Notes: a model not told the origin generated them from the letters alone. A stretch of 64,000 bases of DNA from an uncultured Flavobacteriaceae bacterium (GCA_963700435.1 CAVOXM010000006.1:224683-288682), one strand, 5' to 3'. Counted from the first letter of the stretch, positions 20,196 to 32,655 are shown. Program-made: numbers and translations.

Positions 20196-20639
20196 TTACT
20201 TGGGGGCGATACTATCTTGATAAACCATTGGGACAACGTAAATGGGTTCCCTTAAGGCTTCTTTGCAGAGCAACAGGTAGCGTTGGTATTGTTTTTCATT
20301 GAATGCGGACAACAATTTCGTATCCGTTTCCCTTGCAAGACCCACCAGTTCTTGCTGTAGGGCCTTGTACTTCACGGCCAGTTTCATCAAATCCTCCTCA
20401 GTGGATTGCGGATGTTCCTTGAACAATTGCTGTATGGCGTCGACCACTTTTTTTTCGGAGATGGCGTAATGGCCCCTTAATGAGTCCATCAGTCCTTTTT
20501 GGGAAGCGTTAAGTTGAAAATTGGAAATAATGGCTTCTGTATCCTTTCCGCCTATCCCCAAGGAGCAATCCTGGGCTACCAGGCCAACATGGGAGAGCAA
20601 AAACAACAACATCGATCCAATATATCTTAAGTACCCCAT
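20196..20639 (-). CDS. Secreted helical hypothetical protein
   Basis: Signal-peptide-like N-terminus and a clean ORF. Confidence 0.7.
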   Translation of the reverse strand: MGYLRYIGSMLLFLLSHVGLVAQDCSLGIGGKDTEAIISNFQLNASQKGLMDSLRGHYAISEKKVVDAIQQLFKEHPQSTEEDLMKLAVKYKALQQELVGLARETDTKLLSAFNEKQYQRYLLLCKEALREPIYVVPMVYQDSIAPK

Positions 20640-20705
20640 AACCTCTTTTGATTTCGCCGGTAACATTTGCTATATAAACAGTATTTTTATTCAAAAATTA
20701 TACCA

Positions 20706-21942
20706 ATGCAACACATTATCGATCGTTTTATAAGCTATGTTACCATCGATACGCAGAGCGATCCCGGTTCCGATAGTACCCCAAGTACGGAAAAACAATG
20801 GAAACTTGCAGATTTATTGGTAGATGAACTTATGAGCATTGGAATGGAAGAGGTGACCATTGATGAGAACGCCTATATTATGGCCACCTTGCCGAGCAAC
20901 TTGGAATATGAAGTTCCCGTTATCGGGTTTATCTCCCATTTCGACACCTCGCCCGATTTCACCGCTACCGATGTAAAGCCGCAGGGTCGTTCCCGATTAT
21001 GATGGGAACGATATCGAGCTGAACGCCGAGGTGGTACTTTCCCCAAGGTATTTTGATGACCTGCTGTTATACAAAGGGCAGACTTTGATCACCACCGACG
21101 GCACCACCCTTTTGGGGGCTGATGACAAAGCGGGTATTACCGAAATAGTTTGCGCCATGGAATACCTCCTTGCACATCCTGAAATCAAGCATGGCAAAGT
21201 GCGGGTGGGATTCACACCCGACGAGGAAATTGGTCGTGGCGCCCACCGATTCGATGTCAAGAAATTCGGTGCCGATTGGGCATATACCATGGACGGAAGC
21301 CAAATCGGGGAACTCGAATACGAAAATTTCAACGCTGCAAGGGCGAAAGTGACCATAAAGGGCAAGAGCGTGCATCCCGGTTACGCCAAAAATAAAATGG
21401 TGAATGCGATTAGTATAGCCAATGAATTTATGGGAATCCTGCCGCCCGAAGAAACGCCGCAACATACCGAGGGCAGGGAAGGTTTTTTTCATGTCAACCA
21501 TATGAAGGGGGAAATTGAGCATGCAGAATTTGAAATGATCATCAGGGACCACGACCGGGAACATTTCAAGAAACGCAAACAATTGTTGGTGGACATCACC
21601 GAAAAGTTGAATATGGTTTATGGCGATTGCATCACCCTTGAAATAAAAGATCAATATTTCAATATGCGCGAAAAAGTGGAACCCGTATACCATATCGTGG
21701 AACTTGCCAAGGAAGCCATGGAAGCAGTTGGCATTGCCCCGATCATTAAACCGATCCGAGGGGGCACCGATGGTTCACAACTGAGTTTTAAGGGGCTTCC
21801 CTGCCCCAATATCTTTGCGGGCGGCCATAATTTTCACGGCAAATTTGAATATGTTCCCGTAGAAAGCATGCAAAAAGCGGTTGACGTTATCGTAAAAATT
21901 TGCGAACTTGTGGGAAACAAAGCCGCATATATCAAAAAATAA
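20706..21942 (+). CDS. pepT: Peptidase T, one frameshift near 20985 (probable sequencing error)
   Basis: [13 protein letters not shown] and SHFDTSPD in the first frame; [30 protein letters not shown] in the second. An extra G in cagggtc joins them. Confidence 0.93.
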
Positions 21943-21994
21943 CGCATTTCCTTGGCAGCCATTTCACCAAGGCTTGAAAACCATCAACTGCCCA

Positions 21995-22591
21995 ATGGAT
22001 ATTTCTGAAAAAACGGAAGCCTATTTCGCCAAAGAGCGTCCCTTTAAATCGGGGCTTGCCCTCTTGAGGGAATTGGCGCTTAAAACCGAACTTCAGGAAA
22101 CCTTCAAATGGAGTACTCCGGTTTACACCATAGATGGAAAGAACGTGCTGGGGATTACTTCCTTCAAAGATCATTTTGGCGTTTGGTTCTTCAACGGGGT
22201 CTTTTTAAAAGACCCGAAAAATGTGATGGTCAATGCCCAAGAAGGCAAAACCAAATCGATGCGGCACTGGAAATTCACTCCGTGGATCAAATCAATCAAA
22301 GGGAGGTACTTTCCTATATGGAAGAAGCGATTGAAAACCAGAAAAAGGGACTTGTTCGAACGCGCAAAAACGGCCCAGAGCCAAAAATGACGGTACCCAT
22401 ACTCTTGGCATCGGCATTGAAAAAAAACGAACTGGCTAAAAGGAATTTCGAGGCCCTCCCTCCTTATAAACAAAATGAATATTCGGAATATATCACCACC
22501 GCAAAACAAGAAAAGACCAAACTTTCCCGTTTGGAAAAAATACTCCCGATGATCATGTGAAGGAATCGGCTTTAACGATAAATACCGATAA
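21995..22591 (+). CDS. YdeI/OmpD-associated family protein (frameshifted near 22280 and 22558)
   Basis: ETFKWSTPVYT and WFFNGVFLKD, then FEALPPYKQNEYSEYITTAKQEKT, and tail GIGFNDKYR. Confidence 0.85.
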
Positions 22592-22665
22592 CGGCCCAAC
22601 CCCTATGCGATCCATGGCGATTCGATAAGCCGGTAATCCATGCCCAGCGTTGTCAAACAGACGGG

Positions 22666-24011
22666 TTAGAGCATCGGCAATTCCCAGCCATTCTGATAAT
22701 GGGCACGGATATATTGGTTGGCCGCATCTTCCCGGAAAGCGCCGCGTTGTTCGTCCCAGTAAATCCGTTGCCCGTTTTAAAAGCCACGTTCCCCATATGG
22801 GAGACCAGTGCGGCATCATATCCAACTTTTATGGGGGCGGTCAAGATCGAACGGTCACGGCTTTTTACGGCTTCTATGAAGTTGACGGTATGCAGATCGA
22901 GGCCAACACCCTCCCTTTTCACGACCGGAATCCTTTCCATCTTATCGACGCCCTCTTTGTCCCAACCCATAAACTCCTTTTCGGGAATCACTTCCCATCC
23001 GCCTCGGTCGAGCACCAAAGTACCGTTGTTGCCGATAAATGCAATGCCATGATTTCTACCATAATTACCGCCATCGATACCCGTGGCATGTTCCCACAAG
23101 ATGGAGAAACCATCATACTCGAAAACGGTCTGCAAACTGTCGGGGGTTTCCGAAGCATCATCGGGATAAGCGAATTTACCTCCTATGGCCATTACCGATT
23201 TTGGCGTACCGGCCTTCATCCCGTATAGGGCGTAGTCGATCAAATGCACGCCCCAATCGGTCATCAAGCCTCCGGCGTAGTCCCAAAACCACCTAAAGTT
23301 AAAATGAAAACGGTTTGCATTGAAGGGTCGCTGCGTGGCAGGTCCCAGCCACATATTATAATCCACCCCTGCAGGGGCCGCACTGTCGGCCAAGACGGGA
23401 ACCGGTTTCATCCATCCCTGATAGGCCCAGGCTTTCGCCAAACGAATGTTGCCCAATTTTCCGGAATGCACATATTCAATGGCATCGACGAAATGGGGTT
23501 GACTGCGCTGCCATTGCCCGACCTGGACCATACGATCACTGGCGTTCACATGGTTGAGCATGATATCGGCTTCTTGGATGGAATTGGCGATCGGTTTTTC
23601 GCAATACACATCCTTCCCTGCTTTCAGGGCATCGGTCAGAATTAAACAATGCCAATGGTCGGGGGTGCCGATGATCACGACATCGATATCCTTGTTCTCC
23701 AATAGTTTTCTATAGTCCTTGTACCACTTGGGCTTTTTTATTCCGGCCTTTTCCAGATCTGCGGTGCGTTTTGCGAGCACACTGTCATCCACGTCGCAAA
23801 GGGCGATTACATTCACCTCGTTGATTTTCAGCATCGAACTCAAGTCGGAAAAGCCCATCCCGTTACAGCCAACAAGGCCTACATTGATCTGGTCGTTGGC
23901 GCCTACTTTTTTGCGCATTTGTGCCAGTAGGTCCATAGGGAATAAAAAAGCGGCTCCCGTGCCGGCCAAAGCCAACCCGCTCTGCTTGATAAAGTGTCTT
24001 CTGTTGTGCAT
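22666..24011 (-). CDS. Tat-exported Gfo/Idh/MocA oxidoreductase (frameshift near the C-terminus)
   Basis: NRRHFIK twin-arginine signal; GLVGCNGMG, TPDHWH, YCEKP, DWGVHLID; shifted-frame tail YQNGWELPML-stop. Confidence 0.92.
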
Positions 24012-24118
24012 CGTAAAGGTTTTATTGTTGCTTGAAGATAAGTAAATTTCAATAAAGATGTACAAAAAAAGCACCGATCCGGAGCGGATGGTGCTTGTAT
24101 CTTGATCGATTTAAAGAT

Positions 24119-24406
24119 CTACTTTTTGGCCGGGGCGTTCAGCTTTTTGCTCAATTCCATGGAAATGGCCGATTTATCGAATTTCAACTTCCCCGCCATG
24201 GTCTCCAATATGCAGGAAGCATCGTTGTCGTTCAATTCCATTATTTTTCCGTGGAGTCCGCTTTTGGTGATGACACGGTCGCCCTTTTTCAATTCTGCCG
24301 CAAACTTTCTTTCGTCCTTCTGTCGCTTCATCTGTGGTCGTATCATAAAAAAATACGCTACCACAAATATTAAAATCATCGGCAAGAACTGTCCAATATC
24401 TCCCAT
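24119..24406 (-). CDS. yajC: Preprotein translocase subunit YajC
   Basis: YFFMIRPQMKRQK and LKKGDRVITKSGLHG. Confidence 0.95.
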   Translation of the reverse strand: MGDIGQFLPMILIFVVAYFFMIRPQMKRQKDERKFAAELKKGDRVITKSGLHGKIMELNDNDASCILETMAGKLKFDKSAISMELSKKLNAPAKK

Positions 24407-24431
24407 ATAACTATTTGGTTAGTGCTTGTTT

Positions 24432-24908
24432 TTATTGTGACACCGGGCCTGCTTGTGGGCCACCGCCTTTGGGGTTCACAAAAGCTTGGATCCTCAATTG
24501 CTCTTGGCCCTTTTCTGTATTTGCGGTAACGGTAATGGTCTTGGTCACTTGATTTTGACCGGAACCATTAAATTTCACCAATAATTCACCTTTTCCACCT
24601 GGGGCCACCGGTTCTTTGGTCCAAGTAGGGATGGTGCAGCCACAAGAACTTTTGGCATCCGTGATGATCAATGGCGCGTTGCCGGTGTTGGTGAACGTAA
24701 ATAAGGTTTCCTGCGGGGCATTTTGTTCAATCGTTCCAAAATCGTGTACTTGCTTGTCGAAGGTCATCACTGGAACTTGTTTGGCAGCGGCGTCCCTTTC
24801 GGCAGCCACGGCCACATTTTCGGTGTTGATCTTGTTCGCTGCATTTTCTTTGCAGGAAATAAAACCGAGCATTGCAATGGCACTAAAAGCCAAAAATATT
24901 CTTTTCAT
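24432..24908 (-). CDS. DUF1573 domain lipoprotein
   Basis: Lipobox FISC; HDFGTI, FTNTGNAPLII, SCGCT. Confidence 0.92.
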   Translation of the reverse strand: MKRIFLAFSAIAMLGFISCKENAANKINTENVAVAAERDAAAKQVPVMTFDKQVHDFGTIEQNAPQETLFTFTNTGNAPLIITDAKSSCGCTIPTWTKEPVAPGGKGELLVKFNGSGQNQVTKTITVTANTEKGQEQLRIQAFVNPKGGGPQAGPVSQ

Positions 24909-24950
24909 AAGTTTAATTTTATTATTTCCACGCAAAATTAAAGAATTAAT

Positions 24951-25899
24951 TTATAATAAGCCCCTACCCACCTTTTTTAGTTTACCCTCGGTTTTATATT
25001 CCCTGACCAACTTGTCCAGAATACCGTTGATGAAGATACTGCTCTTCGGGGTGGAATATTCCTTGGCGATTTCCAGGAACTCATTGATGGTGACCTTTTC
25101 CGGGATGGAAGGAAAATTGAGCAATTCGCAAATGGCCATTTTCAGAAGGATGGCGTCTATCTCGGCAATCCTGTCCTTATCCCAGTTGGGCGTTTTCCCC
25201 TCGATCTCCTTTTCCCACTGTGCATTGTTCAACAGGGTCTTTGCCAATAATTTTTGGGCGAAAACCATGTCTTCATCATCTTTTAACAGTCGTGGCAAGA
25301 AGAAGGTTTCGCTTTGCGTCGCCTTTACTTTTTTCAATTGCTTCAGAATAAAGGTATTCACAATGGGCAGATCGTCTACCCAGGTGAGCTTATCGTCTTC
25401 AAAATAGGCATAGATCTTTTCATTCGGGGCTATCACCTCCCTGAACAGATCGATGATCACTTTTTTGTCCGCTTCATAGGAACGCTCCTTGGCGTTCATA
25501 TATGCCTCATAAATATCGCTGTCTACAATGGCATTGTAGATCAACTTGACGTACTCTTCATTCAGGTACCAATTTCGCAATTTGCGATTGAGGAGTTCCT
25601 CCCTTAAGGGCTTATTGTTCGGAAATCTGGGTCAACAATTGGTTTTCGGCGAATTTCTCCTTGACGGGAAAAGCATCAGATCGGTTGGCCAGAGTATTTT
25701 TTTGAAGAGAGTTCGAGTTGGCTTTTGGCCCTGTCCTGAATTTCAATCAAAAGACTGAGCAATAGCAAGTAGAGCGTATACATATTTTCGATACTTGCCC
25801 TAAGAATTTTTCCTGTTTCTCCAGGGAATCGTCCTTTGATTGGGTCAATGCATAGATGCATTGCATTACCTTCACCCGAATATGCCTTCTTGTAAGCAT
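24951..25899 (-). CDS. nusB: Transcription antitermination factor NusB (several frameshifts in the 5' third)
   Basis: Start MLTRRHIRVKVMQ at 25899; C-terminus WDKDRIAEID..VTINEFLEIAKEYSTPKSSIFINGILD. Confidence 0.92.
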
Positions 25900-26146
25900 T
25901 TTAAAAGAACTTTATTGAAATGGATTGAACCGTATAAGCCGACAAAAATAGGAATCTATTTTCAATCCCGACCCGTGCTTGGTGTTATTGTCGCAAAAAA
26001 AGAAATCCGCGAAATCCGATCGATAAGTTTTGTTTGGGGGGTATCGGGCAAGCGAACCAAGGACCATTTCTTGATTTTTCTTTTTACACAGCCCTTGTGA
26101 GGGAGTATATATGGACTTATCTTTGGTGACCGATCTACCATTTTGG

Positions 26147-27901
26147 ATGAAAGAATTAAGACACCTTAATAAATACTTCAGGAAATACTGGTTAAAATTG
26201 TTTATTGGGGTGATCATAACGATCATCGCCCGGATTTTTTCTTTGGTGATGCCGTCTTATGTAAAAAATTCCATAGCGGTAATCGAGAAATTTTCGGCCT
26301 CCATCATTCAGGAAGCGGAAGCGCGTGAACTGCTTTTACAATATATTCTGATCATTCTGGGAACCGCACTGCTATCGGGTTTCTTCACTTTTTGGATGCG
26401 ACAAACGATTATCAACGTCTCTCGATATATCGAATATGACCTCAAAAACGAAGTCTTCGATCATTACCTCTATCTCAATCTCGACTTTTACAAAAGAAAC
26501 CGGACCGGTGACCTCATGAACCGGATCAGCGAGGATATCAATCAGGTGCGCATGTACGCCGGACCGGCGATCATGTACGGCATGAACGCCCTGACCTTGT
26601 TCGTCTGCCTGATTCCCCTGATGTTTATCAAAGCCCCTACCCTTGCCTTTTACACCATAGCGCCTTTTCCGATCCTGTCATTTTTAATATACAAGATCAG
26701 CAAGATCATTCATAGGAGAAGTACGAGGGTACAAGCTTTTCTATCGAAGCTATCGACCTTTACCCAAGAATCGTTTTCGGGCGTAGCCGTGATCAAGGCC
26801 TATGCCCTGGAACCAAGGATACATGCGGAGGTAAGCGCTCTGGCCATTGAAGGCAAAAATAAAAGTGTAGATCTGGCCAAGGTCGACGCTTGGTTTTTTC
26901 CCTTGATGATCTTGCTGATCGGGGTGAGCAATATTTTTGTGATCTATATCGGCGGCAAACAGTACATGAACGGCGAAATAACCTCGGTAGGCGTTATTGC
27001 CGAGTTCATTCTCTATGTAAACATGCTGACCTGGCCTGTCGCTATCGTGGGTTGGCTAACCTCCATGGTACAACGGGCAGAGGCTTCGCAGAAAAGGATC
27101 AATGAGTTCCTCAAGGTTCAACCCAGCATAAAAAATGAAGTTGAACAGGAAACGCCCATTCAGGGCAAAATTGAATTCAAAGATGTCAGCTTCACCTATG
27201 AAGACACCAATATAACCGCGATCAATAATCTTTCATTCACGATCAACCAAGGGGAAACAGTCGCTATTTTGGGTAAAACCGGTTCTGGAAAATCGACGAT
27301 CCTGGATCTTATCGCACGTCTATACGACGTGACTTCCGGTGAAATCCTCATCGATGGGGTGCCGATCAGGGACTTAAACCTGAACAGCTTGAGGAGCGCC
27401 ATCGGGGCGGTTCCCCAAGACGCTTTTCTTTTTTCGGACACCATTGCCAACAATATCAAATTCGGCAAAGACAATGCCAGCATGGATGAAGTGATCGAGG
27501 TTGCGAAAAAAGCGGTCGTACACGAAAACATCATCAGCTTTTCAAAGCAGTATGAGACCATCCTAGGAGAGCGGGGCATCACCTTGAGCGGCGGACAAAA
27601 ACAAAGGGTCTCCATTGCACGAGCCCTTTTGAAAGACCCAAATATTTATCTTTTCGACGATTGCTTGTCGGCGGTTGACACAGAAACGGAAGAAGTAATT
27701 TTAAGCAACCTGAAACAGGCATCGCAAAACAAGACCACCCTGATCGTTAGCCATAGGGTTTCTTCCGCAAAAAATGCCGACAAAGTATTGGTTTTGGAAA
27801 ACGGCAGACTCATCCAACAGGGTACACATGAAATATTGAACGCTACCGAAGGCTATTATAAGGAGCTCTATATGAACCAGCTTTCCGAGAAAGAAAACTA
27901 A
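26147..27901 (+). CDS. ABC transporter, fused permease/ATPase (MsbA/MdlA-like exporter)
   Basis: Transmembrane domain plus GKTGSGKS, LSGGQKQR, LFDDCLSAVD. Confidence 0.95.
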   Translation: MKELRHLNKYFRKYWLKLFIGVIITIIARIFSLVMPSYVKNSIAVIEKFSASIIQEAEARELLLQYILIILGTALLSGFFTFWMRQTIINVSRYIEYDLKNEVFDHYLYLNLDFYKRNRTGDLMNRISEDINQVRMYAGPAIMYGMNALTLFVCLIPLMFIKAPTLAFYTIAPFPILSFLIYKISKIIHRRSTRVQAFLSKLSTFTQESFSGVAVIKAYALEPRIHAEVSALAIEGKNKSVDLAKVDAWFFPLMILLIGVSNIFVIYIGGKQYMNGEITSVGVIAEFILYVNMLTWPVAIVGWLTSMVQRAEASQKRINEFLKVQPSIKNEVEQETPIQGKIEFKDVSFTYEDTNITAINNLSFTINQGETVAILGKTGSGKSTILDLIARLYDVTSGEILIDGVPIRDLNLNSLRSAIGAVPQDAFLFSDTIANNIKFGKDNASMDEVIEVAKKAVVHENIISFSKQYETILGERGITLSGGQKQRVSIARALLKDPNIYLFDDCLSAVDTETEEVILSNLKQASQNKTTLIVSHRVSSAKNADKVLVLENGRLIQQGTHEILNATEGYYKELYMNQLSEKEN

Positions 27902-27979
27902 AAAATTGTTGTCCAAACCGCTTTTTTTTTTCATTTTTGATAGATTAACACCTAATTAAACAACTAGAAACAATAAGAA

Positions 27980-28360
27980 ATGGGCGAAAGAAACATTGAG
28001 GATCAGGAGGAAATTTATTCCAAAGTGCTAAGGGCAGGAAGAAGAACTTATTTTTTTGATGTCAGAAGCACTAAAGCAGGTGACTATTACCTAACGATCA
28101 CCGAAAGCAAGAAATTCACGCATGACGATGGTTCCTTTCATTATAAAAAACACAAAATATATCTCTATAAAGAAGATTTCGAGGCTTTCAGGGAACATGT
28201 TGAGGAAATGATGGATTATATCATCAACGAAAAAGGTTCAGAGGTCATTTCGGAAAGGCACCAAAAAGACTTCAAGAAGGAGGAAGAAGCAGGATTTAGC
28301 GAAAATGGGGAGGTCTCCCCAACCGATAAGTTTACCGATATCGATTTCGATGATATTTAG
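27980..28360 (+). CDS. PUR-family DNA/RNA-binding protein (DUF3276)
   Basis: IYSKVLRAGRRTYFFDVR..YLTITESKK..KHKIYLYKEDF. Confidence 0.92.
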   Translation: MGERNIEDQEEIYSKVLRAGRRTYFFDVRSTKAGDYYLTITESKKFTHDDGSFHYKKHKIYLYKEDFEAFREHVEEMMDYIINEKGSEVISERHQKDFKKEEEAGFSENGEVSPTDKFTDIDFDDI

Positions 28361-28454
28361 AGGTAATCCACATCTTAGACAAACAGTGTATCAACGGCCT
28401 TCTAATTATGGGCCGTTTTTTATATATTAAACCCAGACGCAAACCCCTTTGTAA

Positions 28455-30978
28455 ATGAAAAGATTATTCCTTTTGACGGCTATTCATTTTCTGCCAAGGC
28501 ATTATTGCCCAAGAAAAAGTGGAGCTGAACTATTACCTCCCCCAAAATATTACCTATGACCCGAGCATTCCCAAACCTATCGATATCATAGGGCATGAAG
28601 TTGGAGAATGGCACGTGACCCATGATAAATTGATGTTTTATATGCAGACGCTCGCCAGTGTCAGTGATCGTATAACGATTGAAAATCGCGGCTTCACCTT
28701 TGAAGGCAGACCGATACTGTTGCTCACCGTGACTTCCCCAAAAAACCATCAAAATATCGACGGGATTAGAAAGGAACATCTGTCCCTTACTGAAAAGGGG
28801 GGAACCATCGTCGATCTGCAAAAAATGCCCATTGTGGTCTACCAAGGTTTTTCGGTACATGGCAATGAGCCCAGCGGCGCGAACGCCGGCTTGGCCTATG
28901 CCTATTACCTGGCCGCTGCCCAAGGACCCGAAATCGAAAAAATGTTGGAGAACACGATCATCCTTATGGATCCCTCCTTCAATCCAGATGGATTGCAACG
29001 CTTTGCCTATTGGGCCAATACGAATAAAAGCGAAAACCTCAATCCAGATGGGAATGAAAGGGAATACCACGAAGTTTGGCCCGGAGGCCGAACCAACCAT
29101 TATTGGTTCGACATCAATAGGGACTGGCTGCCCGTACAATTGCCAGAGAGCAGGGCCCGCATTACAACATTTCATAAATGGATGCCCAATATCTTGACCG
29201 ACCATCATGAAATGGGCACCAATTCCACCTTCTTTTTTCAACCCGGGGAACCCACAAGGGTGCATCCGTTGACCCCTAAGATCAACCAAGAACTCACGAA
29301 GGAGATCGGGACCTACCATGCAAAGGCCTTGGATAAAATCGGGTCTTTGTATTATTCCGAAGAAGATTACGACGATTACTATTATGGCAAAGGATCCACC
29401 TTCCCCGATGTGAACGGCTGCATCGGAATCCTTTTCGAGCAGGCCAGTTCACGGGGCCATGTGCAGGAAAGCGACAACGGCTTGCTGACCTTTCCCTTTA
29501 CCATCCGAAATCAATTTACCACCGCCCTTTCTACCATCGAGGCGGCCCAGAACATGCGTGAAAAAATTCTGAAATACCAAAGGGATTATTTTGAGGAACT
29601 CAGAAATGAGGCCACCAAAAACAAAACCAAGGCCTTGGTGTTCGGCGATAGCAAAGATGCCAACAAAGCTTGGCACCTGGCCGAGATATTGAGTCGGCAT
29701 GGGATAAAATTCCATGAATTGGCCAATGACGCCACTATCAATGGCAAAACCTTTGCCAAGAACAATAGCTATGTGGTGCCCATGGATCAAAAGAATCCGC
29801 GGTTGATTCAGGCCATGTTCGAAAAAAGAACCACCTTCACCGATAGCCTTTTCTATGACATCTCCGCCTGGACCTTCCCCTTGGCCTTCGATCTAGATTA
29901 TACGGAAGTGACCTCCATGGCAAACGCCGGACCCGAAATCGGCGATTTTGAAGCCCTTGACGGGAGGCGTTGACCGGGAAAGCGACTATGCCTACTTTTC
30001 GAGTGGAACGATTATTATACCCCAAAGGCCCTCAACGCCATTTTGAACAAAGACATTCGCGCCAAAGTCGCAAAAGGACCCTTTCGCCTGGAGGGGCAGG
30101 CTTATGACTATGGCACCATCATGGTTCCTGTACAAAATCAAACTTTAAACAAAAAGGCGCTGCATGATTTTTTGAATGAAGTCGCCAAAGCAGCCAAAAT
30201 AAAAATTACGGCGGTGGGAACGGGACTTACCCAGGGGATCGACCTGGGCAGCAATGATTTTGAGGCCTTGAAGAAACAAGAAGTCGGACTTCTGGTGGGC
30301 AATGGTATCGCGAGCAACGATGCGGGTGAGATATGGCACCTATTCGACCAACGATACGACATGAAACTCACGAAGTTGGATACCGATTATTTCAATCGCA
30401 TTGACCTCAGCCGTTACACGGCCATTATAATTCCCAATTCGTGGGGTGAATCTTTGGATAAGAAAACCGCCGACAAACTTAAGGAATGGGTTAAAGATGG
30501 CGGTACTGCTATCGGTTATTTAAGGGCTGCGGAATGGTTCGAAAAAAACGAAATGATGAAATTAAGCTTTAAAAAGGACAGCCTCGTTGCGAAAAACATA
30601 TCCTATGCGCAAAAACGCGACTTTCTAGGGGCCCAGGTTACCGGAGGTGCCATTTTTGAGGCCGCCCTCGATCGTTCACACCCAATCGGCTATGGCTACA
30701 AAAACGATAGGATTGCCTTGTTCAGGGATTCCAACGTTTATCTGGATCCGGAAAAGGACAGCTACAATAACCCATTGAGGTATGTGCAAAACCCGTTGTT
30801 GAGCGGTTATATCTCCGAAGAAAATCTCAAGCTACTCCAAAATAGCGTCCCCTTTCAAGTACAAAAATTGGGGAAGGGAAACGTGATCGTTTTTACCGAT
30901 AACACCAATTTCAGGGCTTTCTGGTATGGGACCAATAAATTATTGATGAATGCCATATTTTTTGGGGGAATGATGTAA
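28455..30978 (+). CDS. M14 zinc carboxypeptidase (frameshifts near 28490 and 29965)
   Basis: Motifs SVHGNEPSG, NPDG, DINRDW, DHHEM; the C-terminal part continues in ORF 30043-30978. Confidence 0.9.
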
Positions 30979-31013
30979 ATATCCCTCCATTGGGCCTTAC
31001 CCCGGGTAAGGGG

Positions 31014-31379
31014 TTATTTTTCTTGGGCAGGTTTCAAATTCTCTTGAATGCGGAACCTGATGATTTTATCAATCAATGGCCAGGGCATGGGCTGGTTCAA
31101 TGGAAACTGAATGGATCCCTTGCCGGTCTTGTACCCTTCGAGTTCTTTCCTGAAGGCCATATTGCCTGAAGGTAGCGCATAGAGGCCAATATGGTTTTTA
31201 AAAGCGGCAAAATAGATCAGGTCTCTGCCATAGAGTCGAAATGCCGGCATCCCGTACGCGATTTTTTCCTTGGCTTCCGGTGCCGCTTCATGAATGGCCT
31301 CCCTTAATTCTTGAAGCACCTCCTGTACCGGCTTGGGAAAACCGGTGATATAGGCATCCATGTTTTCAGGTTTCTCCAT
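31014..31379 (-). CDS. DUF1801 (YdhG-like) protein
   Basis: EKIAYGMPAF, YFAAFKNHIGLY, GKGSIQFP. Confidence 0.9.
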   Translation of the reverse strand: MEKPENMDAYITGFPKPVQEVLQELREAIHEAAPEAKEKIAYGMPAFRLYGRDLIYFAAFKNHIGLYALPSGNMAFRKELEGYKTGKGSIQFPLNQPMPWPLIDKIIRFRIQENLKPAQEK

Positions 31380-31387
31380 GGCTCATT

Positions 31388-32227
31388 TTAAGCGTTTTCC
31401 AATTGATTCAATTCGAGCTTTTTCATCCCCAACAAGACCTTCATGACCCGCTCCGATTTGGCGGGATCGCCCATCAACTTGCCCAGGTTGGATGGAACCA
31501 CCTGCCATGAAAACCCAAATTTATCCTTGAGCCAGCCACATCTGCCTTCTTCACCACCCACCGTTAAGTGATTCCAGTAATAGTCGATTTCTTCCTGATC
31601 CCCGCATTCGATGACCAACGATAGGCCTTCTGAAAAGTGCAGATCATGGGACAATCCGCTATCCATTAGTATGAACTTTTGATTTGACAGACTGAATTGG
31701 GCGTGTGCTATTTTACCACTTTGAAGGGTATCGGTTTCGTCATAACGATGGATGAAACGCAGTTGGGAATCGGGGAATATGGCTGTATAGTGTTTGATGG
31801 CCTCATCGCCCCGGCCAAATTGTGCCCCTGTTAACATGAGGGCCGGAATGATTTTCTGCCCAAAATCAGCTACTTTGCCCAGAGACAATTGCCAAGATAC
31901 GCCATAACCATCCTGAACCCAGCCATACCTTTCGCTCCAGTCGTAGCGGTCGAGCGGCATCATCACCATACCATCTTCCTTAAGTCTTTCCCATAGGCCA
32001 TCGATTTCCTGTCCGGTTTCACAGGTAACATAGAACGACATACTGGCATTGGGCTTAAACAGTGGCCCGCCGTTCAAGGCCATGAAACGATGGCCGCCCA
32101 GTTCAAAACCAACGACAACCGGGTTGACCGAACTGATCGTGGCATCCTTGAACACGGAGCAATAAAATTCAGCTGCTTCTTTGGCATTGCCATCGAACCA
32201 AATACAAGGGTAAATTTTATTTGACAT
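31388..32227 (-). CDS. Two-domain VOC/PhnB-like (3-dmu-9_3-mt) protein
   Basis: IYPCIWFDGNAKEAAEFY, ALNGGP, and a duplicated GW(V/L)xD(x)(Y/F)G.SWQ motif. Confidence 0.9.
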   Translation of the reverse strand: MSNKIYPCIWFDGNAKEAAEFYCSVFKDATISSVNPVVVGFELGGHRFMALNGGPLFKPNASMSFYVTCETGQEIDGLWERLKEDGMVMMPLDRYDWSERYGWVQDGYGVSWQLSLGKVADFGQKIIPALMLTGAQFGRGDEAIKHYTAIFPDSQLRFIHRYDETDTLQSGKIAHAQFSLSNQKFILMDSGLSHDLHFSEGLSLVIECGDQEEIDYYWNHLTVGGEEGRCGWLKDKFGFSWQVVPSNLGKLMGDPAKSERVMKVLLGMKKLELNQLENA

Positions 32228-32229
32228 CT

Positions 32230-32655
32230 TCAAATCGGTTCGGATTCGACATAGCGCTTAAAATTATCCAAGATGGCCTGCCATCCGTTTTTTTGCATTT
32301 CAAGGGGGTTGGTCCCTTCCGCTTCGAAGGTTTCCGTGATTTGGGTTTTACCCGCTGCCTCCATGAACCCGATAGCGACCATTCGCCCATCGCCTAAAGT
32401 AAAGGTGAGTTTATGGTTCGGTTCCACTTCGTTATAGATGCCCCAAAAATCAAATCCGAAGCTACCGTCTTTGGCCTCCATCCTGTAGTTGAACTTGCCT
32501 CCGACGCAAAGTTGGTTTTCGGCCTTTGGGGTATGCCAATCGGCGGAAGCACGGTTCCATTTTTTAACATGCTGGGGCTCGGTCCAATACGCCCACACCA
32601 AGGGAACGGGCGCTTCTACCGTGGTTTTAACCGTAATTTGCTTCGGATTGCCCAT
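32230..32655 (-). CDS. SRPBCC (AHSA1-like) family protein
   Basis: VWAYWTEPQHVKKWN, GGKFNYRMEAKDGSFGFDF, GWQAILDNFK. Confidence 0.92.
   Translation of the reverse strand: MGNPKQITVKTTVEAPVPLVWAYWTEPQHVKKWNRASADWHTPKAENQLCVGGKFNYRMEAKDGSFGFDFWGIYNEVEPNHKLTFTLGDGRMVAIGFMEAAGKTQITETFEAEGTNPLEMQKNGWQAILDNFKRYVESEPI

Noticed and set aside
20980-21000. Programmed ribosomal frameshifting in pepT and the other split genes
   Set aside because: There is no slippery heptamer with a stimulatory structure, and the many unrelated indels are better explained as sequencing errors.
24616-25407. Long alternative-strand ORFs (for example 24616-25407, 28480-29319, 19195-19890)
   Set aside because: They are antisense shadows of well-supported genes and contain no recognisable motifs.
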